A DNA stretch of 64,000 nucleotides from Camelus dromedarius (taxonomy: Eukaryota), in NCBI RefSeq assembly GCF_036321535.1, contig NC_087438.1, positions 8,806,001 to 8,870,000 on the forward strand, read 5' to 3'. The notes under the pieces are model-generated. The model did not search any database. It worked only from the letters and a program-made list of their open reading frames with translations, and was not told the origin of the DNA. The first letter of the stretch is position 1. The number at the start of each line of letters is the position of its first letter. Of this stretch, positions 35,870 to 48,880 are shown piece by piece. Both the position numbers and the translations under genes were made by a program.

Positions 35870-36790
35870 TTTCTGCATTATTCATTTATTCAAAGAATAA
35901 ATATTTGAGTACTTGCAAGACATTTTGCTACTTACTTGAGTTTTAGGTTCTAAGAGGAATTTATATATGAATAAGATGAAGTCCCTAGTCTCAGTACTTT
36001 ATAATTCAGCAAAGGAAATCAAAGAAGCAAAAATCTAACTAACAAGGCAATATGTGGTCAGAGACATAAATGAAGCCCACAGGAAGATTTGTGGGCTCTT
36101 ACGGAAAGTTGTGTCCCTTCTGGCATGTTTAGGATAAATGAGGGTACATTTAATCTGATACTGAAATGTAGATAAAATACCAACACTTTATGTGTATTTA
36201 GGAAAGCATTTCAAACATACAGAACAGGTGAGTCAAACCATGGATCTGGGGAAAACGGTTGGATGTCCCCAGAGAGAAGGCACGCATGCTTTCTGCTGGA
36301 GGAAGATTCTGGAATGCACGAATTGAGAGTGCAGTCTAAAGACAAATAAGAGAGTTTTCAGAATTACTTGCTTCTTAAAAACTTTGCTTAATAAGAAATT
36401 ATGAGCAGGATAAGATTTCTAAGCAGAATAATAGAACAGTCTGAGCTGTGAATCAGGAATACGACTCTGACAGTGACATAGAGATGGCTAAAGAGTGAGA
36501 CCAATTTTGGTTGCCTTGAACTTGGGGCTTTGTTGTTATGTAGGAGTTTAAGTTGCAGCAGTCCTTTGGAACTGTAAAGGGGGAACTCAGCAGAAAGTGA
36601 GGTGACCACAGCTAAAGATTTCGGAATAGATATGACCACTGGAAATGAAAGGAAAAAAAGGAGGGGGGCCAAGGGATTATACTCGTGAGACTCATTTGAG
36701 GAATAAAATGGGTCATAAAGTCATATTTCTGTGGGGAAGCATATGAGGAAGGATTTGAGATTTTACAGCATTAAGAGGAGATGAAAAGTT
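35870..36790 (-). mobile_element. L2, degraded
   Basis: Reverse L2 tail ATTCATTTATTCAAAGAATAAATATTTGAGTACTT; TGAATAAGATGAAGTCCCTAGTCTCA. Confidence 0.6.
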
Positions 36791-37629
36791 TACAAAGAAA
36801 CATTCACACATCATAATGAATTAACATTTATGGTCTGTAGTTAAATTTTATTTAAAATTAAATACATATATGGACACACACAAATGAAATAATCCCACTT
36901 AATTTTAACAAGAGTTATAGTGAACTATTAGGTTAATTACTATCATTTTCTTTGATTTAAAAAAAAAAGTGTCAATTTCCTATGGAATACTGGAAAATAT
37001 TTCACATATGCCTCAACTTAAGTCTTAGTTGAAAATTATTCTTTTGACAGAAGGCTTACAAGTTAGGAACAGATTTCTCTTAAAGATGGGTCTATGTAGA
37101 AAAAAAAATTTTTTTAACTTCAAAATGTAAGAGTACATGGTGGTCTCACTGAAACATCCTCACACAGCTAATTCCTTGAATTCTTAGAAATAAAATATCA
37201 TGTAAATTACCTGAATATTTTATTAGTTATATGATGGGAAAAATGAAGTGAAGGAGTATGAGTGGTTAGCAAATTTAGAGCTTTTCCCAATGGTGAAGGA
37301 CAAAAAAGGAAGAATGAAAAAATATCCCTCAGTCATCTGGGTTAACATCAAAATAGATTAAAGTCGAACTTTCAGTGAGTTTGGTGCCTTCATTAACATG
37401 TGGAGCTCTCACAGTGTGAGGTGGCTTCTCTTTTAACAAAAGGTAAGCTGTTCTTTGACGCGTCCTATCACAGTGCCAACTCTTTCCTTTCGAGGCAAAA
37501 TGCCACAGTACTCGGTTTCCTTTCAGAGGGTATTTCTGGTCCAGTCAGCTCTGCACGCGGTATAAATCCTGGTTGTGTAAAAGAAACTCTAGTATTTACT
37601 TAGCAAAGGAGACCATGGACAGCACCTGT

Positions 37630-39380
37630 CAGTACCAAGCACTCTGATGTCTGTTAGACATACGGTGTTGGGAAGGAAGGCCTGGATCCTGCCTTATAGA
37701 ATTGCTGGTGTACTTGGATTGACACACTTTTTTCAAATAACCTGTAACAAATTAAGGGCTGTGAGAATTAAAAAGTGACCTGACTCAGTCAAGCCTACCA
37801 GGGAGAAATTGAGGAATGCCCAAGTAAGACAAATCCTGACCTCAACAATAGCATACACTGTTGGAAACACTCCTAATATAAGAATTGTTTATAGGAATGT
37901 TGGCGCTATTCAGGGAGATGAAAACTATATGAGAGGAAATTGATGGGGGAGTACTGTATGGAAAATTACCTCCATCCTCTCCCAAGTATACTATTAAGCA
38001 AGCTGTTCTAGAGATCGTGAAACAGAAATGTTCACAGACCAAACTAAGATGCTAACATTACATGTTATTTAATTCCCAGGAAGAGAATATACAGAGATAA
38101 ATTAGCCTATGACAAATTCCTGACAAATGCCAAGTTTTATTGTTAAGTGAAAAAAAAATGGCTACAGATTCAGAAGGAAAACAAGGCAGCTGGTTCTCTA
38201 AACATGAACAGAGGAAGCAGAGAAGGTGGCCAGCTTCAATGCAAAGAAAGTGGGCACTGTTGGCAGAGGAGTCAACAATGAGGCTTGAACAGTGTTCACT
38301 GGTTTCATTGTCATGACGTTCATGTTAATGCTGCGTTAGAGCTACTTTAGCAAAGTGACAAGGGAAAGGAGGCGTAATTAATGCATTCGATAAACAAATG
38401 GATGGTGACAAAGTGGAGACAGCAACTGCAACGGACAATATTGAAAAGAAGTTGAAAATAGGAGAAGTACCTAGAGGAGTGTGTGGGATTCTTGATTTTG
38501 TTTGTTTGTTTGTTTGTTTAGCACAAGACATAAAAGACTAGGACAGATTTAAATAATACAACTTAAATAAATGAAGGTAGGATATGGGAATACTGGGTTT
38601 CCTGGGGAGTCAGAATATGGGAAACCAGCAAAGAGAGGGCAGAGTTGGCTTTTTGAATATACAGACAGCATTTAAACCATTGTCAAAGGGGGTGAGGAAT
38701 GGAGTGTGCAAGAAATAATGGGAACTGATATATTTCAGTATTTTTCTACGTGTGGTGATAGAAGGTTGAGGAAATTACAGTCTGGTGATTTATGATTTTT
38801 GAAAGTAGAATATTAACAATTTTACGTACTTGCCTGTAAATGTGCTTACTGGTGGTGATGGTCCCCGCTGGGATAGTGGTTATGGATTTAGGTATTATCC
38901 CTCATTCCGTGATGGTATGGGTTTTTCCCTTATTGTACAAAACTGATTAGGTGCAAGCACAGACTAGATTATTAGCTATTCTAGAATGGGAATAGAGTCA
39001 GAAAACATGAATGATGACAGATGAATGACATTTACATTATCCTCGATGGAGTGATTGAAATGACAGCTTTGGAATCTAAATTAGATAGAGAATGAAAACA
39101 GATTAGGGCTGATAAGTTTGGGAAAACTGAATTGATTAATTGGCTGGTGGTCTTAAAAATTTCAAATTCTAAATAGCTTCAGATGATGACAAATTACAGC
39201 AAGTAACTATAAAACAGGCACTGAAGTAGGTGAAGTGGAACATCATTAGAGATGAGGATGCTATGAAACTGAGAAGTCAGGCTGTTGGCAGGTCATCCAG
39301 TTGGACATCGAATTCATGCAGGATGCAGGATATGGCAAGTTTTGTGGTGGAGACTGATTTTTGAAAGTGAAAATAACCTT
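37630..39380 (-). mobile_element. Highly degraded L2 fragments
   Basis: Purine-rich + strand with GGTGATAGAAGGTTGAGGAAATT and GGTCATCCAGTTGGACATCGAATTCA. Confidence 0.4.
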
Positions 39381-39389
39381 GAATTCTTC

Positions 39390-40990
39390 AGAATGACTTA
39401 CTACATCATGATGTACTATCCTTTTAAAATGTCACTCCTTTTGATATACTGACATTGTGCTAAGTATTTTTCCATTTATTTCATAAAGGAAGTTGGTCTG
39501 TAATTGGTCTATAATTTATTTGTTTTTATTTTTTGGAATGCCCAGTATTAGATTCACGTAGGCTGTGCAAAATCAGTTGGGGAGTTTTCCTCCTCTTTCT
39601 AGTGATTTTGTGCAAATTGGCTTTATTTCTATTGCTGACTAAGAAATGTCACTCTCCACCTGGTTCTACAGGGACTGAGTCATTTGCCACTGCAGTCACC
39701 GTCCTTTAACACAGCTTGAAAGGAGTTCAGGGAAGAGATCAGGGTGAGGCACCCTGCTCTGGGAAAAACTCTGCTCTGGAAAAAAGCAGTCCTCTAGATA
39801 GTTAGGTGTTTTTAGGAGAAAATTTTATGAGCCCAATTTCTTACATCTTCTCATACTTATAAAAGCACTAAAATCACTAACTGAGATATCTGTTTCTCAC
39901 GACTACCAGCAACTTTCTACCAAGATGTACGTTTGATTGCACTTACCCCCTTCACCAAAATAACACGTGTACTGACCTCCCCCCTCCCTCTTCTGAGCAG
40001 CCTCTGAGAGCTGTCGCAGAGACTGTCTCCCAGGATATAGTCTTCAGCAAGCCCCCAATAAATCTGAAACTCACAGTTCTCATGGTATGTGTTTTTATTT
40101 CAGTCCACACTTATTTAAACGGTAGATGGAACTCACAACTGGAATTGTATGTGCCTGGAGTTTTATTTGTAGGAAGACTTTTTAAGAAACAAATTCAATT
40201 TAAAAAAAAAAAGTAAGACTATTCTGACTTTCTGTTCTATCTTCTGCCTGCTTCGGTAAGCTGCGTTTTTAAACATGTGTGTCCATTTCATCCAAGATGC
40301 TCAATTTGTCATAATCAAGTTGTTTAATATTATCCTTTCCATGTCTGTAAGATCTGTAGTAATAATCCCCTTGTTCATTTGTAATACTTTTAATTTATTC
40401 TCTCTGTCTTTTTCTCTTGATTAGTTTAGCTAGGTTTTTTTTTTTTAATAGATTTTTTGTCTTTTCAAAGAATCTCTTGTGCCTTTAAAATTTTCTCTAT
40501 TTTTTAACTTTACTGATCTCTGCTCTTATCATTTTTATTTCTTTTCTTCTACTTACTTTGGGCTTGTTTTGCTCTCTTTTTTTTAGTTTCTGAAAATGGA
40601 AAGTTAGGTGACTTAATTTAGACCTTCAAGTCTAATGTAAGTATTTAAAGTGATCAATTACCTAATAGTCGTGGTTTTAACTAAACTCAACAATTTTCTA
40701 TATGTTATATTTGAATTTTCATTCAGTTTGTAACATTTTCTAATCCTTCTTGTTATATGTCCCCAGAATAATGCATTATTTAGAAGTATGTTTTTGAATT
40801 TCCAAATATTTGAGGTTTTCCTAAATATCATCAATGTTTTTTTCAAAAAGCATACTATTTCAGTCTTCTTATTATTTTTTAATTCTTATTTTACAGGATA
40901 TTGTGTGGGCTATCTTCGTGAACATAACATGTAAATATGAAAAGAAAGTGGATTCTACTGTGGGAGGTACAGTATTCCATGTATATTTCT
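39390..40990 (-). mobile_element. Old L1M ORF2 fragment split by an LTR
   Basis: T-rich strand: TTGATTAGTTTAGCTAGG, TCTGCTCTTATCATTTTTATTTCTTTTCTTCTACTTACTTTGGG and AAAAGAAAGTGGATTCTACTGT. Confidence 0.8.
39633..40109 (+). mobile_element. MER34-like ERV1 solo LTR
   Basis: TG...CA termini; TATAAAA near 39858; AATAAA near 40057; end CTCACAGTTCTCATGGTATGTGTTTTTATTTCAGTCCACA; inserted within an L1. Confidence 0.75.
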
Positions 40991-42531
40991 CCCCATGTTC
41001 CTTTTTTAATATTCGGAAGGAAGACCATATCAACAGTGATAACTCAGGATAATAATTTCCTTTCTCAGAGTAGAGATCAAGATTTTGTTCAAAGTGTGGA
41101 AGAAGTATTAGAGGACATTTTTGCTTGGCAGATAACTGATTCAATTTTACCACTGAAATGAAACAATTATTTATCTTAAAACTCTCTTTTAATAGGTATA
41201 ATTTATTCATTTTTTGTTAGAAAAATGTATAATACAGACTGCTATTAAGGTCTTAAAACTAGTGATTAAATATATGAGGACTTAATGAAAAATGTCCAGT
41301 GAAGGTTAATTCCCTTGGTCGCTCTTGTCTTCCATTTGTCTTTCTTGTAACTGCAACGCAGCCACCAAGGAGAACACGACAGGAACAGAAAAGAAACAAA
41401 TCCTGAACCAGGTCTGCTTTCCTCCACGAGGTTAAGGTATTCACAACATGTTCAAAGAGCTGTTTTCTTCATTTTCCTATCACATCTTCATTTTACAAAG
41501 TGTATTTTTATTTCCCATCATCATGAAATTTCCCACCATCATGAATAGACTGAAGCTTCCTGGAAATATTTTTTTTTCCCTGTTAAGAAAAGGTAAAAAA
41601 TAATCTGTCCAGTTTTATTTACACTGTACCAAATAATATAATTCAAAGCATACACTGAATATAGATGATGAAAATATTTTAGTCATTCTAATCGCTATAA
41701 AATAGAAATTTTTAACTCTGAGTAGGGCTCTGTATGTAATATAGAGGAAAAAAGTTGACCAGATAACCATAAATTAAAATTACATTCCAGCAGAGCATTC
41801 TAGTCTTTAAATAGCATCACATCATTTTGAAATGATTTTCAGTGTTACTGAATTTGCACATTTATAGTTTTGGATTAGCCTCTTTATGATTTAGCAGGAC
41901 AAAAGCTTGCTACGGATAAATTTACTATTTAATGTTTTATTTGAATCTTTTTAGCTTATCATGACACTTAATAAAATGTATTTTTCCTAATGTTGTAAAT
42001 GATGGAAGAAAATGTAGTGACCGCATGTATCTCGCATACAGATATGGTGCGATTTGAATGGCACTTAGAAACAGCCTATGCATAGTGATAAATAGAAAAT
42101 GATTAAATCTCCTTAGAAATTTCAGCTTAAAGTGTTAATGCAATCAGCAAATCCTAAATAAGAATGCCCTATGCACAAATTATATTTAGTTATATTTATA
42201 TTTTATTTTATTTATTTATACAAATTATTTATATGTACTTATGTAAATGTATCTTAAAATACATTTACAAAACCAGTAACCATTTAGAACAATTTTTAAG
42301 TCTTGAAAAAGAGGCACATTCAAACTCACCAATAAAATTGAGTTAGAATCTGGAAAATAAAAACGTGTATCCAGATGGAAAATGGAGCGTAAGGTTATGT
42401 TTATTTGTACATAAACACGTGGATTAAGTATGAGTCAGATAAGCAGTAAAACGGAAACTGGAGTGTTCCCCACTTGTTAGTTTTCAGAATTCTGTTTTGA
42501 CATTCATTTAGCCACTCTCTCTCTCTCTCTC

Positions 42532-42805
42532 TTTTTTTTTTTTAACACCTTTATTGTGGTATGATTCCTGTACACTAAACTACACATATTTCAAACGTAC
42601 AATTTGATGAATTTTGATAGATGTCTACACCAGTGAAACCACTACCACAATCAAGATAGCTAAGATTTCCATCAGTCCCCAAGAGGTGCAATTTTCAAAC
42701 TCCCAGTTTATCCCTTCCCACCCCCTTTCCTCACTGGTAGCCATCATTTCGTTCTCTATGTCTGTGAGTCTGTTTCTGCTTTGTAGGTAAGTCTGTTTTT
42801 GTTTT
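42532..42805 (-). mobile_element. L1MB/ME 3' end fused to a younger L1 3' UTR fragment
   Basis: GTACAATTTGATGAATTTTGA..GAAACCACTACCACAATCAAGATA (old type), then AAACTCCCAGTTTATCCCTTCCCACC..TCTATGTCTGTGAGTCTGTTTCTG (young type). Confidence 0.7.
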
Positions 42806-42879
42806 GCCACTGTCTGGGTTACCACTGTCCTGGTTACCACAGTCCCCTCGAGACATGATTACTCGGATATCCTCAGTTG

Positions 42880-43205
42880 ACCAGTCATCAGCACACTTCC
42901 TTGGGTTCAGTCTTTCCTTTAAAGTTAATTCATCTCATTCAGTTGTCTGTCCAAATTCACTTTAGCAGGACGGACTTCTGGGCGTTCTCTCTAAACTATC
43001 AGCCCACCGCTTACTGCCCTTGATGTTCCACACTAGTACTTGTATCCACCTTGCATGTCATGCATGGATTTGCCTACTTAAGCGTCATCTCCCCACCCTG
43101 GAATGTCAGTGCTAGGACGGTCAGGGTTTTGTTTGGTTCTGTTCTGTTTCAGCACCTCAGGACCTGGTTAGCTGCTCGATAAATGACCCTGGAATGAATG
43201 AATCC
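42880..43205 (+). mobile_element. L2 3' end
   Basis: CAGCACCTCAGGACCTGG..GCTCGATAAATGA..GAATGAATGAAT tail. Confidence 0.6.
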
Positions 43206-45949
43206 ATTTGTGGTTGAAAAAAGGATGCAATTCCTTTCTCCTCTAGACGGTGAGCTTCATGCTACTAGAGGACCACGTATAATCCCACTTTTCCAATTAG
43301 CGATATACTCTCCACTTCCTCGCAGCACTGTCCCTGTGATTTTGCTGGATTCCAGTTTCAGCCCTAGCTCTAAGCCACCCATGGCCCCATGTGATCAGAG
43401 TCTTCTTTTCCTTGATAATGTTCTTCGTTTCAAAGCCACTTCTACCACTTATCCACTGAGATTTCACTGTGTCATCCTGTAAAATCTCTCCGGTCCACTC
43501 AGACTCCCCTTCTAAACAAGCCCAACACGTCTGCAAGTTGTTCAAAGGGCCTCGGGGCTTCGCCCCTTTTGGTCTTGGAATTTCTTGCCTATGTCTCCTC
43601 TGTGGTTCAGAGTTTTTTCAGCTCCTACGTCAAGATTTTTAGTGTACTCTCAGCTTCTGTGTCTAAACCTCTCCACTGAGGTAAATAAATATATTTTATG
43701 CCTTACTTTGGTATAGTGCTCCAAAGACTCAGAACATTTATATGTATATTTTCCTAGTTAGTTAAAAATAATACATTTCATTAACTGGAAGTAACTCTTG
43801 TTATTCCTAATGACCATTCCCTTTGCAGTTTTGTTTTGGGAAAAGGCGCCCCTTTTCTGACCCTAATAGAAAGCAATTTTCCTCCTCCTTGTGACCTCAG
43901 GGAAAGCCTCTTCTCAAAGGTGATAGATCCACCTTAAATTCCCTAAAACTTTCCCAAATTATCTCCCCAAATACCGCACGCAAGTACCCCAGGTTAGGGT
44001 TCCTGTCTGACATAGTCGATCATATTCTATCCCTAATTTAATTTAACCTACATTGCGTGGGCCCTGTCATGTATGGATAACATATTTAATAATTAGAGAC
44101 AATAATGGAATAAAAATACTTAAACATATACTGTATACTCAGTAATGCATGCTTCATGTGTCTATAAAGAACTTCATAAATGTTATTCTACGTACTTTCA
44201 CTAAAATATGTGGGCAATAATAACTTCACTGATGAGATAACTAAGGATAAAGGAATTAAGTAATTTCAAAGGGCAATTGGTTCTTAAGAGGTTAATTGAA
44301 TCTAATTGCTCTTCTCCACTATGCTAATGAAACCTCTGCTTTCCTTCTCCTGAAGTTCATTCAATCACTGTAAACCTGAATGCCTCCCCCTTGTGAGCTC
44401 ACATTCTAATGAGTTGCCCCAGGAATCAGGAGAGACGTGTGTAAACAGGCAACCTCTGTGCAGATGACGACTAGCATTGGCCTTGGCCTTGGATCTGCTT
44501 CTCCTTTGGAAGAAGTAAAGGTGCTAGAACACCTGCTCAAGCTTACTTTGCTATTTTTGAGAGGTTTCAGGGGGAGCAAAGCGAGTCCAACCATCTTTCT
44601 TGTAAGCATTGGTTCCACTCATCTACACTGGTTCCGAATGGATGCATCCTGTCACACAGATTCCACTGGAGAGTTGTAAACCACCCTGGGTGAATCTAAA
44701 AAGCATGAAAACTTCAAATTGAACGTGTGAGAAACGGAAAGCACTCATTCTGAGTACTTGCCACCTGAGAGCAGACTTCTCAACAAAATCTTGCTTTTCT
44801 TTTTTGTCTTGGCAAAATATCATTTGCACCACAGCTAGAAAGTTTAGCCAAGTTAATGCTTTGAATGATATTACTAGGAAAAATCCTATCAGCAAACATA
44901 TATACTTGTTTTCTTTTTCAGATACCATAAATTTGGGCAGCCAGCACTAAAAATGATCATTTACAAACAGAAGCATCAATGGGACATTCATAATAGCCAA
45001 AATATTTTAAATACATTAAGGTCCATAATAAGGGGTTGCTATTTTATGAAAATGTTAGTCTAGCAGTTTGATTAAAATGAAAGAAATAAATCTATATTCA
45101 AGACCTTTTATCCAGCCTGTAGATTGTGAGTTACCCTCCAATAACTCTAACAATCTTTTTTTAAGAGTTTGAATAATTTACTTCTTTACAAAGGAAACGT
45201 TAATAAATATATCTGACTAATGTAACTGATCTATTAAATTAACCTTTTTATTATTTATTCTATCTTTAGAATATTTAATATAGATAAGTTCAGGTGTAAG
45301 AATCACTTTGCTTCATTTAATTTGTAACTGAAGGGTTGGCTCATAAATTCAACAGTTTTTTACTTATTGCAAGGTGTCTGATTTTATGTTCAATCTCTAG
45401 AATATAATGAATAGTAAGAAGAGATACCTAAACTCAAAATGCTTGAATTGTGGTGGGAGAGAGAGATGAAAATCAACAGGCAAAATAAACTGTCGAAGGT
45501 ATATATCAGATTGGTCATGAGACTCTCTGCTTTAAGTTGAGTGTATTTGACTCCCGTTATTTGGGACCTCATGAAAACAATATGTTAGCAAAGGAATACG
45601 CTTGGGTCTTGCATAATTGTGAACAGAGAACCTGACTGTTTTAAGGGTAGGTCTTGGTATGAGCACTAGTCTTCAATATCTAAGTGTAGCAAGCAGAGAC
45701 TCCTTCAGCTTGGGTTAATATCCAGAGATTTATTCTTGAAAAGGGCATGGTTTAGGCAACCAACAAACCATTAACATTACTCTTACACCCACTCACTGTT
45801 AATTTATAGGGAAAGAGAACGTAGAGCCCCAGTTTCATTTGAATTTGACCCAGCGAGAAACCATCACATCACTCAATCTGCACTGTTTGGTGTACTTTGT
45901 TTAGGAAAGCTCATTGCAGCAAAGTCTCTGCAGAGAATCATCAGAAGTA

Positions 45950-46340
45950 CCTCCTTATCACAGGGCAATAATGAGATGAATGTGAAGACAGACATTATAC
46001 AATGGGGGAAAATAGCGATCAGTTACTGAAAGCAGTATGAGAAATCAGAGTTCAGTTCAAGGGATAGAGGAAGAGGTCAAGAGTCTGTAAGTATCACGGG
46101 AGCAAAAGTAAAACTGTTTACAACTTTGGTGTGGTGGATTGTGAAGACAGTGCATGGACGATGAGCATAAATTATCTAAAAACACGGAGACCCGAGTGTG
46201 AAGTGTGCTTGCTTTCATTTCAGTCAGGTACCAACTACCCACATACAACGTGGAAACAGACATGCCCCCCAAAGGTGGAAGAACTTAAAAGAACGACGAT
46301 GAAGTGAATCAGTTCTCTGTGTCTGTTTTTTGTCTTCAGA
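45950..46340 (+). mobile_element. Possible CR1/L3 LINE remnant
   Basis: Loose similarity to CR1 ORF2 DNA leading to the KAE.LN..F.SVF segment (..TCTGTGTCTGTTTTTTGTCTTC); very diverged. Confidence 0.3.
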
Positions 46341-46380
46341 TCGAGTGTCTTCCAAGAGAGGGAAGCTACATTCTCTATTT

Positions 46381-46597
46381 ATTTATTCATATTTTATTAA
46401 AAAATTTTTTGTTGATGTATAGTTGATTTACAATGTTTCAGATGTATAACAAAAAGATTCATTTATACATCTACATATATATTCTTCTTCAGATTCTTTT
46501 CCAGTACAAGTTATAACAAGATATTGATCATAGTTCCCTTATACCGTAGGTCCTTGTTGTTTATCTGTTTTATGTAGAGTAGTGTGTATCAGTTAGT
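46381..46597 (-). mobile_element. Cetartiodactyl-type L1 3' end
   Basis: TGATGTATAGTTGATTTACAATGTT..ACAAGATATTGATCATAGTTCCC..GTAGGTCCTTGTTGTTTATCT; imperfect TSD CATTCTCT (46369) and CATCCTCT (46598). Confidence 0.85.
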
Positions 46598-48265
46598 CAT
46601 CCTCTTTTGAACAGTAGAGTGGTGTTAGTGTCAGCAGCCAAGGTAATGTGTGGGAAGCAGTCTTCCCCCTGCCTGTTTCCTCTTTACTTATCCTCTTTAA
46701 ACCTGGTACTGCTTACAGTCCCCTAGACTCCACCCCTCCCCACCCTCACAAGCATTCACATAAACCAGTTCATGATGCCACATATCATCAGTAGCCACCA
46801 AATGAGAGACACTGAAGAAAAGCAATAATTAGCAAACACTTTTCCTACCTTTGCCTGGGGAGGGACCCATCCTGCAAGAATGATCATGCAGAGCAGTGAC
46901 CTGACCTATATATGGCTCTGGGTGTGCTCTGCAGGCCCTGGCATATTAAGAAGGAATCAAGCATTTTAAATGATAATAGAGATCATGGAATATTTTAAGA
47001 GCTTACTCATCTACAGAAATAGTTAATTTCTTTATGAGAAGGAAAGTGAAATTAAGAAACCAAGCTAAAGTAGAATAAAAGCGAGAATCCCTGTGGGGCA
47101 AAAGCTGAAGTAGATGCCAGGTTAATGCATGTGGCTCTTTTCTGTTTTAATTATATTCATCTAATCTTTACCCTCTATGGGGACCCAACATTCTCTTTTT
47201 TAAAGTGAGGATGAAATCCCAAGTTTAGAAGGAAGTACTGGTTTTATTAGACATTAATCTTTTGCATTTTTTAGTGAATCTGTGTGATTTTTTTTCTGAA
47301 AAATAATAAGTCATTTTTTAAGACATACAAATGCTTTTTAGCTGATACATTAGGAATCTGGTTCTAAGAAGACAAATGATGTCATTTTTTTCAAAGTCTA
47401 TGCTTATACAAATTTTTGCTTTCATTGATTTATGATCATGAGGAGTTTCTGGGAATAAAATTTCCTCAACTAAGTGCTGGTGGCATTTGAAGTATCTTGA
47501 GAATCCTGAGATTTTAGTCAACACTGTGGAAGAATTTCCCAAATTGGAGAAGAAATGGAGAGACCATGGTCTACAGCATGTGTGTGGTCCTCTGGCTCTT
47601 CCTATCCCAGGATTGAATTAAATATGGGTTCATGGGGGCCACCCTTCTACATTCAAGTGTTACATGCTGCCTCCTCTTTTACCCACATGAGGTTCATGTA
47701 TTCTTAATTCAGTTTTTATTTTTAAATTTACGTCACTAATACATTAGGCAATTAAAGCATGCAGATAATATAGAATAGTGGGTAATCCTCTCAACATAAT
47801 TATGACTACCATTCAAAAAATTTGATTTAGGCCTCTGGCATATTATCTCATCTAAACTTTATGCCCATTTATAGATGAAAGAAATGAGATCTGGTGAAAT
47901 TAGTTAATTTGCAATTTAGCACAGCTAATTTAAGAAAAAACTAACAGTACAGTTCAGAGAAGCCTTCATTTGAGCCTATTTATTCCACTCCCAGTCTATG
48001 TGAGTTCTTTCAGTCTCATACCAAACTTAAATTTTGATCTGCCTAATATTCTTGGAATATAAAATATTTCAAAGACAGCAATGAACTCTGAGCTAAAGTG
48101 GAAAGAAAAGTTTTGGGATCTGAAGTAATTAACAGACATTCAGGAAAGCTTTTCCGAATTCTAATTATTTATCTGTCTCGCCATTTTTTACGCCCTGTAT
48201 GGACTGTTTGTTTTCCATGTGATAATGAATAACTCACATAACCCTCAACAAAAGAAAAACCCCTG

Positions 48266-48290
48266 CATATATGTATATATATATGTGTGT

Positions 48291-48329
<39 letters not shown>
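48266..48329. repeat. Compound (TA)/(TG)/(CA)n microsatellite
   Basis: Directly visible alternating purine-pyrimidine tract. Confidence 0.95.
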
Positions 48330-48331
<2 letters not shown>

Positions 48332-48389
48332 CGCAGAGGCACACACCACATAGACATCCACGCGTTATCTCTATAAACTTGGTGGCCAG

Positions 48390-48880
48390 ATGCCTACTGC
48401 TGCCTAGCAAACCAACAATAGCACAGATAGATGGTTGACTATAGTAGCTTTTTCTTAAAGAAATATTAATTTGCTTATGAATCTTCAGTTTGGCCGGGGC
48501 TCAGTAGGGATGGCTTGTCTCTGCACAACGTTGACTCGGGTGGCTTTGCTGAGGGTAGAAGAGCCACTTCCTAGATGGCTGGCAATTCAGCGTTGAATGG
48601 GGACACCCCTGTCAATCATGGCTGGAGGCTGGAGTATCAGCTCTTTTCCACATGGACCTTGAATGAGCATCTCCTTGGCTGCCTGGGCTTCTTTGCATCC
48701 TACAGACTTGGTTTCAAGTGTGCACATCCCAGGAAAGCCAGACAGAAGCTTTATCAACCTTTAGACTCATCCTCAGATGTGCTGTGATTACACTGCAACT
48801 ATAAAGCACCCGGATTCAAAGGCAAAGCATATAGACCCGCTTCTCCGTGGGATGAGTGATGCCTGCTGGGTGGTAGGAAG
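48390..48880 (-). mobile_element. MLT1H/I-like MaLR LTR
   Basis: TTTGGCCGGGGCTCAGTAGGGATGGCTTGTCTCTGC; CCACTTCCTAGATGGCT; CCCGGATTCAAAGG. Confidence 0.65.

Noticed and set aside
42022..42052. Imperfect hairpin CGCATGTATCT..AGATATGGTGCG
   Set aside because: Short, needs wobble pairs and a bulge; too weak to call
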